IMG/VR virus record: IMGVR_UViG_3300029258_003221
Location: 170,632 to 234,631 of that record
Reading direction: 5' to 3' (one strand)
DNA: 64,000 nt
Of the stretch, positions 26,904-36,363 are shown piece by piece. Under the pieces are notes generated by a model. That model searched no databases. It was given only the letters and a program-made list of their open reading frames with translations, and was not told where the DNA came from. The position numbers and the translations under genes were made by a program. Within the stretch, counting starts at the first letter, position 1, and every line of letters begins with the position of its first letter.

Positions 26904-27499
26904 TCCTTAGTAGGTGTAACAACACGAACTCCCTTCCGGGTTGAATGGTAGTAAATTGATTCTGCAAATTCCTTTGCTGTGTAGTCTGTGAAAGTGCCCC
27001 CTGCTTTCTGTAAAAAATTCCTTGCCATGGTTAAACTCGGCATTGGTTCAGTACCTTCAGTCTCAGTGGCAAGAATACAAACGATTTCCCATTCACAATC
27101 AGTAGATCGCTCACCGCCATTTTCCACAAGGGCCTTAGCACTGTAACAAACGATTTCACAGAACTTAGCAGGTGTCCCCGTGAAACCAAGTGCCTTTGCA
27201 TCATCAAGGGTGATGTATGTTTCAATATACGGATCTTCCCCTTTCTGTCGATAGGTCACCCGTGCTTGAACAGGCATTCCTTCCCGAAGGGGCATACTTG
27301 GAGGACAGAAAAACCCATCAGCTTCAATAGGCACAAGCACCTTTCGGTGTATGCCAGTTTCACCTGTACCGGGAATTCTCTTATCGAAATTCTGCTGAAT
27401 TCGATCAATGACTTCATCTTCTGAGATAGTGAAGTAAGAATGACCTGAACTCGGCTGATGTCGATCACGAGCAAATTGTGACCATCCGATAGTTTGCAT
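26900..27499 (-). CDS. DUF3228-like protein
   Basis: VCYSAKAL...EWEIVCI...EPMPSLTMARNFL..AGGT resembles the DUF3228 pattern. Confidence 0.55.
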   Translation of the reverse strand: MQTIGWSQFARDRHQPSSGHSYFTISEDEVIDRIQQNFDKRIPGTGETGIHRKVLVPIEADGFFCPPSMPLREGMPVQARVTYRQKGEDPYIETYITLDDAKALGFTGTPAKFCEIVCYSAKALVENGGERSTDCEWEIVCILATETEGTEPMPSLTMARNFLQKAGGTFTDYTAKEFAESIYYHSTRKGVRVVTPTKE

Positions 27500-27515
27500 A
27501 TTTTTCTTTCGTGTT

Positions 27516-27549
27516 AAACAAAAGGGGGCAGGCTGCCTGCCCCCTTTGT
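27516..27549 (-). terminator. intrinsic terminator (possibly bidirectional)
   Basis: AAAGGGGGCAGG/CCTGCCCCCTTT stem with T-run. Confidence 0.85.
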
Positions 27550-27567
27550 ATGACCAACCGGCAAATG

Positions 27568-27984
27568 TCAGGCAACTCCCTTGAGCTGTTCCTGAACAGA
27601 TTCCACCGTCTCAATGAGACCCTGAAGCTCAGTGATCCGTGAGCGGACAGCACTGATGCCACCCATGCTCTTGACTTCGGCCAGAGCCTTGCCGAAATCA
27701 GTCACGGGATTTGTTGCAACAACCTGACGCCGACGACGAGTGGTCGTTGTCTTGGTTGACTTACCCGGCTTCCTGCCACGCTTGCCAATTGGCATGTTGC
27801 GTGACTTCTTCCAGTCGTTCTTGAACGAATTGAAGCGATTTGTTCCCTTTCCATGGTCACCATAGAAATACTCGTAAACAGTCTTGCCCTTCTTCTTCAG
27901 ATGGGATTCTGCTTCACTGCGGGTCAGATCGCCCTGAGCATCGAGTACGTCGAACAGAGCTTGCGTTGTTGGGCCTTTGGCCAT
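27568..27984 (-). CDS. small basic putative DNA-binding protein
   Basis: K/R/T-rich linker GKRGRKPGKSTKTTTTRRRR; start set at ATG 27984. Confidence 0.6.
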   Translation of the reverse strand: MAKGPTTQALFDVLDAQGDLTRSEAESHLKKKGKTVYEYFYGDHGKGTNRFNSFKNDWKKSRNMPIGKRGRKPGKSTKTTTTRRRRQVVATNPVTDFGKALAEVKSMGGISAVRSRITELQGLIETVESVQEQLKGVA

Positions 27985-28079
27985 AATTACACCTTCGCTT
28001 TCTGATGCGAATTTTCGTGGAACCGCCACGATAAACGGGCCGCTGTCCAACATTGGTCACGGCGTCAGGTTCTCTCAAC

Positions 28080-28109
28080 ATTCTACGATAGTGGTTTTGA
28101 TTGTAAAGC
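28080..28109 (-). promoter_or_regulatory. sigma70-like promoter, GCTTTACA-N14-CGTAGAAT
   Basis: TTTACA-16-TAGAAT; same extended motif at four other sites. Confidence 0.75.
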
Positions 28110-28206
28110 AAAACTCACTAAGATTTTCACCAAGAAGACATAAGTTGTAATTCTACAAGAACTTACAGGAGTAAGAATTCTTAGTGATTTTCTCTTGTGT
28201 TAGATT

Positions 28207-28602
28207 CTACAAGGGTGTCTTATATGGGAAAGTTTCATCGTCCCAAGTATTTGTTCCGTAAATGATTCCCTGATGAAACTTTTCGATAGCCCACGCACTC
28301 CATCTTTGGAAATAAGCAAACGCTTCTTCCATCGAATCATAGCGACAGCTTTCAATGAATTCATCAGTCCTCGACGAAGGCATTGGCTCATATTCCCAAC
28401 ACCCATCTTTGGCAAGACAAAGACTACCATACTTTTTGATAGCCCAAAGATCATCGCCTTCACGTTGTTTGTAGCGATCAATCGTCACCTCTTCACGATA
28501 CTCTTCTGAACATTCAGTGGCGAGCTTTCCGTGCGTCACAGGCATATGGCCTGCTATGAGGCTTTTGATTCGATCTTCAATGTTGGGAATCATCAAAATC
28601 AC
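28207..28602 (-). CDS. hypothetical protein
   Basis: 131-aa ORF. Confidence 0.75.
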   Translation of the reverse strand: MILMIPNIEDRIKSLIAGHMPVTHGKLATECSEEYREEVTIDRYKQREGDDLWAIKKYGSLCLAKDGCWEYEPMPSSRTDEFIESCRYDSMEEAFAYFQRWSAWAIEKFHQGIIYGTNTWDDETFPYKTPL

Positions 28603-28810
28603 CTCCAGAGACTTTCTTTGTAACCAATCTCAATCCAATCAATGCGACTGAAAGAAAGATTAGAAAAGAGTCAAAGAGAAAAACAAAACCCAAAATCGCT
28701 TTATCTTGTCGAGATTGAATTTTGATCTCTTCGACATTGACCTGCATATAAAAAAGCAAGCCAATCATAATGAACACGGAAATGCCCAGAATGGCAAACA
28801 GTTGTTTCAT
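28577..28810 (-). CDS. two-TM membrane protein
   Basis: two hydrophobic segments. Confidence 0.75.
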   Translation of the reverse strand: MKQLFAILGISVFIMIGLLFYMQVNVEEIKIQSRQDKAILGFVFLFDSFLIFLSVALIGLRLVTKKVSGGDFDDSQH

Positions 28811-29337
28811 CGGTCAAGCTCCCAAACAGTCACATTAACGATGTCGGAAACCCATTGGTCTTGAACCATTTCTTCTATGATCGCCCAGTCGCCTCCCGCA
28901 AGGCCACTCCCAAATTTGGGAGTGATGACCTCGATGTTGTGAACTGGGTAATGCTGATTGGAGAAGTTTCTCAGCATCATTCCAATCCCTTCGATACACT
29001 TGTAGAGCGGACCATATTTCACTGGCTTAGGATTGTCAGAGCTGACCGTGTCCCGTTGACCAATCATGTTGATGGCATAAGTCAGCGAGAACAAATCATC
29101 TCCACGCACCTTGACGGTCTGAAACTGTCCCAGCTTAAAAGGCTTACCGCTTTCAATGTCGATGCCCAAACGATGCCAATCATGATATCGTTGCTTGACC
29201 TGTGGCCAATGCTTAGCAACTGCACCAGCAAAGCCTGAGCCAAATCGGTCAACGTCATTACAACAATGAGGAACCAGTTTAATTGTTGGCGTGGTCCAAT
29301 CTGTTGAAAACAGATCGCCTTGTTTGTATTCAATCAT
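28807..29337 (-). CDS. macrodomain protein (ADP-ribose binding/hydrolase, Poa1p/TARG-like)
   Basis: MIEYKQGDLF...HCCN...FGSGFAGAV...PKFGSGLAGGDW. Confidence 0.9.
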   Translation of the reverse strand: MIEYKQGDLFSTDWTTPTIKLVPHCCNDVDRFGSGFAGAVAKHWPQVKQRYHDWHRLGIDIESGKPFKLGQFQTVKVRGDDLFSLTYAINMIGQRDTVSSDNPKPVKYGPLYKCIEGIGMMLRNFSNQHYPVHNIEVITPKFGSGLAGGDWAIIEEMVQDQWVSDIVNVTVWELDR

Positions 29338-29906
29338 CAGCTTTCTCTCCGTTCCATGGGCATTGTGGGTTGATGAGGATCTCCCGACCAATCAGGATCA
29401 TTATAATCCTCATCATACCCTTCGTCATAATCGTCGTAGTCATCATAATGGATGGGAACGCCATTTTCATCATAATCAACATAGTCACAGCCACCCCATC
29501 TTACGATTTTGGAATCCGGGTTAAAAGGCCAAGGTAAGTAATGGTCCCAAAATGGAGACCCACCTTCTTCCAGAAACTGTTGCCACCCGGCATCGTTTTT
29601 CATTTCAACAGTCGATACCAGATGAAAGAAAAACCATGGAATGGTAAGTGTCAAAAACGAACCAATCAGAGGGGCAATAATGCCAACGCCGATAACCATG
29701 TCAATTTGATCTTCCAGAGTACAAACCCCATCAGTATAGCTCCAACCGACTTTTCCCTGTGGGGGCATAATCATGTAAGTCCAAAGTCCACAAATTAGAA
29801 ATCCGGGCACACAACATCGCAGGAACATCACGATACGTGGTGTCCGATTGCGACGACCAGAATAACCATTGTGGTGACCATAGTCACGTTGATTAAGCCA
29901 AGACAT
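29337..29906 (-). CDS. membrane protein with acidic D/Y-rich tail
   Basis: two TM segments; YDDYDDYDEGYDEDY. Confidence 0.7.
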   Translation of the reverse strand: MSWLNQRDYGHHNGYSGRRNRTPRIVMFLRCCVPGFLICGLWTYMIMPPQGKVGWSYTDGVCTLEDQIDMVIGVGIIAPLIGSFLTLTIPWFFFHLVSTVEMKNDAGWQQFLEEGGSPFWDHYLPWPFNPDSKIVRWGGCDYVDYDENGVPIHYDDYDDYDEGYDEDYNDPDWSGDPHQPTMPMERRES

Positions 29907-30262
29907 TATGATACCTCTTTTAACTCCGACCAATCAATACCCAAAAGTGCAAAGTTCTGAGTATTGTTTTGATTGTAATCCAAATACAAACGAGCAGCTT
30001 TCATCATGAAGACTTGAAGTCCGATCAAATCCACTGGATCATCACCGAAAACTTCTACTTCAACTGGTGCTACAAACTTACGAGGTGTCCCATTTGGATT
30101 GATGATTTCTTTTAAATCGATAGTTCTTGGATCTGAAATGAGCATTGCGTCGTCTTCATTCATAGACCAACCATGACCAGTCCAAAACTCATTTTCATTT
30201 GCTGCAAGAATGAATCGACGATGCTGCAAACTTCCTTTAGGGACCAAAGACAGTGATTTCAT
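29906..30262 (-). CDS. hypothetical protein
   Basis: 118-aa ORF. Confidence 0.75.
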   Translation of the reverse strand: MKSLSLVPKGSLQHRRFILAANENEFWTGHGWSMNEDDAMLISDPRTIDLKEIINPNGTPRKFVAPVEVEVFGDDPVDLIGLQVFMMKAARLYLDYNQNNTQNFALLGIDWSELKEVS

Positions 30263-31761
30263 ATGTTGTTCCTTCTTTCAAATCTTGATGCGAAACCATG
30301 GAATTTCTCTGGTTGGTCGAGTGCCAGACGCTTGAGCTTAGCTCCCAGAGAGCAACACTCCTCGTGAAAATCATCTGTTGCATGATTTTTCACCTTGTCA
30401 TGTGCAAGCTCATGAATAATAAGCCCGTCAAGACGAGGCGTGAAGCCTTCTTCAAAGAACTTGTTGCCCATGGTGAACTTGTTGTAGTCCAGCACATTAT
30501 CGCCATAACAGGCAATCCATGATCTGCCAACAAAACTATGACACATCACAAACCGAACAATGATACCATGGTCCAGCAATTCTGAACCCAACCATCGAGT
30601 GTATTCCTCGATTAAACCCATAGCAGGTGTCCACTTTTCCCTTGGGATCACTTCCACTGGGGTTGCATTTGGGTCATCACTGTACGCTCCTTTGCCCTCC
30701 ATGGGAAAAGCCTGAGAACTGCTGAAAAGGGCACCTGCCATCTTGGCATTAGCTCGCTGACCTTTTGTCAGTCCATGTGACGAAATCATATTGTATCCAG
30801 CCGTAATGGCTGCACCGTTTGCATCCGGGTTAGTTGGGTCAATCGATACCCTCTTAGGCCCAAACCGTTTAGTCATAAACGAATGTGTGGCCTCATCTGA
30901 ACACCGTTCATCACTGGACGCTTCATTGACCCAAGCTTCAGTGGTATCATCCTGTTCAATTTTTTCATGCATTTCATTGAGCACATGAGTACGAACAGCT
31001 TTAAGATAAGAAGGGGTCACATTGTCACGATCTACATTCAGAGGAACTTTCTGCTGAATGCTGTAATGCCATTTATCCCCAGTTTCTACAACCGGAATAC
31101 CCAATTCATAGAGACTCGGCACCTCATCAGGAAGAACATCAAAAATCTGAATTTCACACTTTCGTGCAGATGTACGAAGATCTTCACCGATCTCAGTGAA
31201 AAGAGTTTGCTCAAAAGTGTGAATTGGCTTTCTGCCTTTGATTTCATCACCATTAACAAACAGTTTTAGACCGGGACGAACAATGATTTTGTTCATGTAC
31301 TCAATAAGTTCAGTGTACTGCTGACGAGTACATTCCATGAGTGCCCAGAACTCTGTTCCATTGTCTCGCTTCCGACGAGGGTATTCATGTCGCCCTTCAT
31401 CATTGAATTCAACTGTGCCGCTTGTTGTGTGAACACGAGCTTCTTTGCAGAAAGCCAGAGCCATCTTACAGCCGACATTGAACCGACCAGCTTTAGTAGG
31501 ATCATCTTTCTTCTCAGATGGAGCATAGACTGTCCAAGCATGAGACAGATCAGTGTAACCCGGACCATTGTCAATGACGCTGATTTCAATCAATGGCTTT
31601 CCGGGGATTATCGCCACCTTGATATGACATTCAGTTGCCTCTGTGTCCATGACGTTTTGATAAAGTTCTGCCCCGATGATCCCAAAAGAACGTCTTTCAA
31701 CGAGTCGCTTGGCGACCATACGAAGACCATCTTTGTGTGCCGTAAACCAATTCTTACTCAT
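30259..31761 (-). CDS. GHKL (Hsp90/MutL/MORC-like) ATPase fused to C-terminal HExxH domain
   Basis: ELYQNVMD, IDNGPG, GRFNVG motifs; IIHELAH near the C-terminus. Confidence 0.8.
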   Translation of the reverse strand: MSKNWFTAHKDGLRMVAKRLVERRSFGIIGAELYQNVMDTEATECHIKVAIIPGKPLIEISVIDNGPGYTDLSHAWTVYAPSEKKDDPTKAGRFNVGCKMALAFCKEARVHTTSGTVEFNDEGRHEYPRRKRDNGTEFWALMECTRQQYTELIEYMNKIIVRPGLKLFVNGDEIKGRKPIHTFEQTLFTEIGEDLRTSARKCEIQIFDVLPDEVPSLYELGIPVVETGDKWHYSIQQKVPLNVDRDNVTPSYLKAVRTHVLNEMHEKIEQDDTTEAWVNEASSDERCSDEATHSFMTKRFGPKRVSIDPTNPDANGAAITAGYNMISSHGLTKGQRANAKMAGALFSSSQAFPMEGKGAYSDDPNATPVEVIPREKWTPAMGLIEEYTRWLGSELLDHGIIVRFVMCHSFVGRSWIACYGDNVLDYNKFTMGNKFFEEGFTPRLDGLIIHELAHDKVKNHATDDFHEECCSLGAKLKRLALDQPEKFHGFASRFERRNNI

Positions 31762-32134
31762 TTTCAATCCTTTTCCAATCATCTGGACCTAATGCCTTGA
31801 TTTCTTCAAGCAGTGTCAACACTTGTTCGTTGACGCTTTTGTAACATCCGGTGTCATGTTTCCACTCAAAGATACACATTCCATACACTGTGGAACAATG
31901 ACCTTCCTCATCAATTGAACCTATGACATATGGATGAATCTTAATTGATCCGACATACAAAATATCATAGGGTTCTCCGATACACAGCATCAATCTTTTA
32001 ATGTATCTCAGAGCGTCCATGACCACATCATTCAATTCATCAGAATTTGTGGCGTAGAGCTGATCAAATGATCTCCCACGAAGCCCCATATCTGTTTGAT
32101 GCACAGCCTCAACGCTGAGTTCGTATGTGTTCAT
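31754..32134 (-). CDS. hypothetical protein
   Basis: 126-aa ORF. Confidence 0.7.
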   Translation of the reverse strand: MNTYELSVEAVHQTDMGLRGRSFDQLYATNSDELNDVVMDALRYIKRLMLCIGEPYDILYVGSIKIHPYVIGSIDEEGHCSTVYGMCIFEWKHDTGCYKSVNEQVLTLLEEIKALGPDDWKRIENE

Positions 32135-32145
32135 TATTGGGTGTC

Positions 32146-32814
32146 CTAAACAGTTTCAGCTAAACAGATCGAAAACCCTTCGTAACAGTATCCATTCCGA
32201 CCTTCCAAAAAGACCTTGGCACCATGGTAGTCCTGATCAGACAGGATGCGTTCTAACTCTTCTTCCTGTCTCATACTTTCCCTGTGTGAAGCTAATTTTT
32301 GGCGGTAATCACCCCACTGCTCTTCCACAGTCTTCTTGAGATGAGGATCATCCTCAAATTCATCTGGCCTGTGTTTTGGTTGCTCTGGTTCTTCGCTATA
32401 AGATTCGTAGTACCCTTCTTCTTTTCTCTCCTGAATTACTTTCAAGCAAGCACGACCAATATGCTCAGTGGTGTTCGCTGCAAAGTATCGTTCGCCATGT
32501 TTTTCTCGCAGAACGATAATGTACTGTCGATGCAAAGCCGAAACCAAATTGTCCCACTTCTTCTGAGAGAGAACCAACTTATCATCTGTAAGCGGATCTT
32601 TATTAGAAGATTGAAAATTAAGGAGTGAAGGGACAGGAACACATATGCGTACCCACTTGTCTGCTATTGGACAAAATTGCTCAAGCTTAAACCGACGAAC
32701 GTGATGTTTGTTATGTCGAACGTATGGATCAATTTCAACAAGACGAAACTTACCACTTTGATTTTCATTAAATTCACTGATCGTCATTCCAGCACTCCTA
32801 AAGGCATTCGCCAA
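32146..32814 (-). CDS. hypothetical protein
   Basis: 222-aa ORF. Confidence 0.75.
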   Translation of the reverse strand: MANAFRSAGMTISEFNENQSGKFRLVEIDPYVRHNKHHVRRFKLEQFCPIADKWVRICVPVPSLLNFQSSNKDPLTDDKLVLSQKKWDNLVSALHRQYIIVLREKHGERYFAANTTEHIGRACLKVIQERKEEGYYESYSEEPEQPKHRPDEFEDDPHLKKTVEEQWGDYRQKLASHRESMRQEEELERILSDQDYHGAKVFLEGRNGYCYEGFSICLAETV

Positions 32815-32840
32815 TTTACTTCGATTTCATTGGGTGTCCT

Positions 32841-32871
32841 AAAAGAAGGGGCAGGTTTCCCTGCCCCTTAA
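32841..32871 (-). terminator. intrinsic terminator
   Basis: AAGGGGCAGG/CCTGCCCCTT stem + T-run. Confidence 0.85.
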
Positions 32872-32872
32872 A

Positions 32873-34033
32873 TCATGCAGAATGTTTGGCGTATCGCCGC
32901 TCATCCATATATTCTGCTGTCACCTGATCACCGGCATGTTCAATGCCACGTCGATCCAGTTCGGCAAGCCCCGCTCTTGTTAGTGTGATACCACGACTGG
33001 TAGATACAACATACGGACCATTGCCTGCAACAGACATCAATGGAGGCAGAATCACACGCTCTAACGCCTCTGCCTTACAGTTTGCCACTCTTTGGAGATT
33101 ATCCTTGGAGATTGGACGACTGCCCAATGCTTCAAGAATCTTGACTTCTCGACGGTCCATGCCGAACTCATCAAGTCCCAGATTGTCAGCAACGATTCTG
33201 GCAGCAGTCTGCCAATCATTGCCGTGCTGATTTTTAGTCATCTCCATAAGTCGAGCGAAATCCTTCGCCAAACGAGGAACAATTCGATATTTGGCAACTG
33301 CGTTACACGCTTCTTCGGAGAAGTGCGGGTAATTAAGCTTGATGATCTGAGCGATCTCTTTCTTACCAGCAGGTTGCCATCTCAAAGTTGTACCCAATCG
33401 CTGTGCGAAAGCATCGAACAACTTACCTTCCTCAGTGGTAGCACCGACCCAACAAATTTCTCGGCAGTCCACTTTGAAAGTTCTAGTTTTCTTTCCTGTG
33501 CCGGTCGTGATCTTCATCCAACCGTCACCATACTCCATGCCGTTCAGAAGACCACCCTGCATGAGTGATTTACTTAAAGCATGTGCCTCATCAAAGAACA
33601 GAATACACGGAGGAATCTGATACTCATCTTTGGCAACTTCAACGATCTTGATGCCCTTCTTAGCAAAGGTTTCACAGATCAATTGAAACAAGTTGTAGGT
33701 GCTGGAAAGAGCATCCGCCTGTACAAAGACAAACGGAATACCAATAGTTTCGGCAAACTGCCGAACAATAAAAGTCTTACCTTGGCCAGATGTCGCATAA
33801 ATTGCAAATGACATCCCACGACAACTGTGATTCGGAAGACCAAATGCGTTGAATGCAAATGTCTTGAGGGTGCTCATATTACCCTCATTTTCCTTACTCA
33901 CAATTACTTTGTTGAGTGGACATTTTGGATGAGCCAAGGCTTCACGGATTTCTTCATCAGTTGGCCTATCTGGAAAGCCGCCCGGATTGAAGAACTGAAT
34001 TTGAAGCTGCTTAGCATATTTTTTCATTAACAT
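32873..34033 (-). CDS. ruvB: RuvB-like AAA+ ATPase
   Basis: Walker A ATSGQGKT, Walker B FFDEAH, VGATTEEGKL, PRLA, GLDEFGMD...E.VILPPL...TSRG winged-helix tail; start uncertain. Confidence 0.75.
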   Translation of the reverse strand: MLMKKYAKQLQIQFFNPGGFPDRPTDEEIREALAHPKCPLNKVIVSKENEGNMSTLKTFAFNAFGLPNHSCRGMSFAIYATSGQGKTFIVRQFAETIGIPFVFVQADALSSTYNLFQLICETFAKKGIKIVEVAKDEYQIPPCILFFDEAHALSKSLMQGGLLNGMEYGDGWMKITTGTGKKTRTFKVDCREICWVGATTEEGKLFDAFAQRLGTTLRWQPAGKKEIAQIIKLNYPHFSEEACNAVAKYRIVPRLAKDFARLMEMTKNQHGNDWQTAARIVADNLGLDEFGMDRREVKILEALGSRPISKDNLQRVANCKAEALERVILPPLMSVAGNGPYVVSTSRGITLTRAGLAELDRRGIEHAGDQVTAEYMDERRYAKHSA

Positions 34034-34089
34034 CCCTTTCTGTCGTTGAAACTTTCTTGTTACGACTTTGATGGGTGTCAACTATAGAT

Positions 34090-34983
34090 TTAGGCCACTT
34101 TCTCCTTAGCAAACACGTCTTTCACTTTTTTCAGTGCTCGATCATAGGCGTAAGTTGATGCCATGCGGCTCACAGAATGCTTCTTGGATACTTCTGATTT
34201 TTTGCCGCCACCCAGAACAGTATAAAGAACATCACGCTCCAGTTCTGACAAACCGACTTCTTCAATCACAGCTCGGACCTGATCGATTTCCATGGTCACT
34301 TCGCCATCGAAACTGCTGTAACTGTAACTTGATACAAAATCTTCCCAAGCTACCTCTGGCCCATCAACTGCCACGGCTAACGCTGAAAAGCATTCTTCAC
34401 GATCAGAATCATTGATCTCCAGTTTATTTGCGGCCTGCTCAAAAGAAAGACCTTTAGACATAAGGTCTCGCAGATCTGGGAGCATACGAAGAATTCGTTT
34501 TTTGACGCTTGAAAGGAAATGATCAGTGCGAATGTAATCGATCATTCGATTCCGAATGGCATTACAGGAATATGTATCAAATTTCGCATTGCCGCTATAG
34601 GCAAACATCGAATCGGAGATTGCCCAAATCCCCTCTTGAATGAAATCTTCAATATCGACAGCACGATGACGTAATCTGTGTGCTTTGTAGAAAGGCAGAA
34701 CAATACCGGGCACAAGGCGACAATAACCCTGAAGGACAGGATACTCAATTTCTTTGACAGAGTCCATCGTCTGTTTGACGTAATCTGTCAAAGTCTGAAG
34801 AGTTCCATTGTGATATCTACGCCGAAACTCTTTGATAGAGGGATTTTCGGTGTCAAATTCTTTTTCTGCCGCCGCACGAATAATTGGCTGTGCGTCAGCC
34901 ATAATTGAAGAATATTTCTGTTCTTCTTCTTCTGAGAGAGTACGAGGTTTAATACACCCAATCATGAGGAGATTCCCTTTCAT
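34090..34983 (-). CDS. sigma-70 family sigma factor
   Basis: region 2 EDFIQEGIWAI...KFDTYSCNAIRNRMIDYIR; region 4 LSELERDVL...SEVSK...ALKKVK. Confidence 0.8.
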   Translation of the reverse strand: MKGNLLMIGCIKPRTLSEEEEQKYSSIMADAQPIIRAAAEKEFDTENPSIKEFRRRYHNGTLQTLTDYVKQTMDSVKEIEYPVLQGYCRLVPGIVLPFYKAHRLRHRAVDIEDFIQEGIWAISDSMFAYSGNAKFDTYSCNAIRNRMIDYIRTDHFLSSVKKRILRMLPDLRDLMSKGLSFEQAANKLEINDSDREECFSALAVAVDGPEVAWEDFVSSYSYSSFDGEVTMEIDQVRAVIEEVGLSELERDVLYTVLGGGKKSEVSKKHSVSRMASTYAYDRALKKVKDVFAKEKVA

Positions 34984-35112
34984 CGATTACGGAAGTTATT
35001 TTCTTGATGGGTGTCTGACATGACAAACGCTGGCCATGTTCACATGGATCACCACATTCATAGAAAACTGTCTTCGAGTCGATTTACAGGGTGTCCTCTT
35101 TTGCACCAAATA

Positions 35113-35147
35113 GAAAAAGCCGCCAACCAGTTTCCCAGTAGACGACT
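35113..35147 (-). terminator. intrinsic terminator
   Basis: AGTCGTC/GGCGGCT G-U-containing stem, GAAA loop, T5 run. Confidence 0.6.
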
Positions 35148-35169
35148 TTTTCTCGGGGTGACGTTCCCT

Positions 35170-36363
35170 TTATTTCTTACGAACCCGAAGAGTTTTCGCT
35201 TCTTCCGCCTGAATCCTTTTTTCGGATTCTTCGCAAGCCTGTTCATACGTGATGTTCATACAGGCTGCCACACCTTTGCGGAATTCAGCATTGTCTTCAT
35301 CTGTCTGGTCGAACAATTTTTGCATTTCCTTGAGCGGAATCGGTTTCGCACGAGTTGATTGGCGTGCAGTTGATTCGCTGTAATGCTGCTCACCCAGAGC
35401 TTTTCGTGTAGCAGCAGTTAAGGTCATGCGACCAGATTCCAAATCAGCCCGGTCTTTATCTGTAAGACCAGTTGCTGGTTTGATGACTTCACCTGTTTCT
35501 TCGTCGATCCTTGCTTCTTTTCGAGGACGAAGCAGAGCCTCACGGTTTCTGACCGTGCCTTTCTTCTTCTGTCCGGGATAAAGATACTCAGCAATTTCTG
35601 TTAGGGTCCACTTCTTACCAGAAGCAGGATTGATTCTGGATCGGAAGTTTTTGTAGATCGCCGCTTCCTGAAGAGCAGTCAATCGTTTGTTGCTGAGATT
35701 TTCTTCGACTGAAATCAGGAAGCCTTCATCATCATTCACCTGTTTATTGGTGGCGATGACTTCTGCTGGATAAATTTTGGCACCTTCAACTTCATCCGCA
35801 ACATCAACACGACTTTTTGCGTGGTTGTACAAAGTTGCTGATGTTCGTCGATTTCCTGCCAACAGAGTGAAGTTGTAATTACCATCACTCAGTTTATTGC
35901 CTTTACGCACCATTACCGGATGGAACTGCCCATAACGGGCAAGACGACGTGCAAATGCAACAATAGATGAAGCAGGTGGGGTCACCTGTTTGGAATCTTC
36001 GTCCTCTACCGTTGCCACGTCCAGTTCCATTGGCTCACATTCATGTGTTTCAAACAGACTGACAACTTGTCGAACCACTTCAATGTCTTCTGACAGAGCC
36101 ATGTGGATCAGTGAATGTTCTTTGTCTGAAGAATCAACCAGCTTGTAACCAAGAGCAAACAGATTTTCTGGTTCATTCCGACAGTTATCCACTGCTGTGA
36201 TTCTTGACAGTGGAATCGTCCAATGGTCAATTTTGACCTGCTTGGCCTTTGGACGATTGTCAGATTTCTTTGTTCTTGTCTTAGCTGGCTTCTTCGTTTC
36301 GTCAGCTTGTTGGGTGTCAACAACTGTTTCTTCAGCAGGAGCTTCAGCGGTTTCGGCAGCCAT
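35170..36363 (-). CDS. ParB/Srx-family (ParB-like CTPase) protein with HTH
   Basis: GQFHPVMV...LLAGNRR (GxRR) and VEENLSNKRLTALQEAAIY...TLTEIAEYL; GGAG SD before ATG 36363. Confidence 0.8.
   Translation of the reverse strand: MAAETAEAPAEETVVDTQQADETKKPAKTRTKKSDNRPKAKQVKIDHWTIPLSRITAVDNCRNEPENLFALGYKLVDSSDKEHSLIHMALSEDIEVVRQVVSLFETHECEPMELDVATVEDEDSKQVTPPASSIVAFARRLARYGQFHPVMVRKGNKLSDGNYNFTLLAGNRRTSATLYNHAKSRVDVADEVEGAKIYPAEVIATNKQVNDDEGFLISVEENLSNKRLTALQEAAIYKNFRSRINPASGKKWTLTEIAEYLYPGQKKKGTVRNREALLRPRKEARIDEETGEVIKPATGLTDKDRADLESGRMTLTAATRKALGEQHYSESTARQSTRAKPIPLKEMQKLFDQTDEDNAEFRKGVAACMNITYEQACEESEKRIQAEEAKTLRVRKK

Larger units (their letters stand above)
275..36318 (-). repeat. dispersed, strand-polarised 7-mer GACACCC (GGGTGTC on +), 34 copies
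   Basis: GGGTGTC on + starts at 275,759,3000,3216,4253,4638,5585,6273,6708,7014,7202,7568,8608,9962,10652,11246,12157,14941,15281,16738,18069,20658,20741,21631,22157,22916,24742,28214,32139,32832,34073,35009,35089,36312; only 52484 and 62707 beyond (manual scan). Confidence 0.9.
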
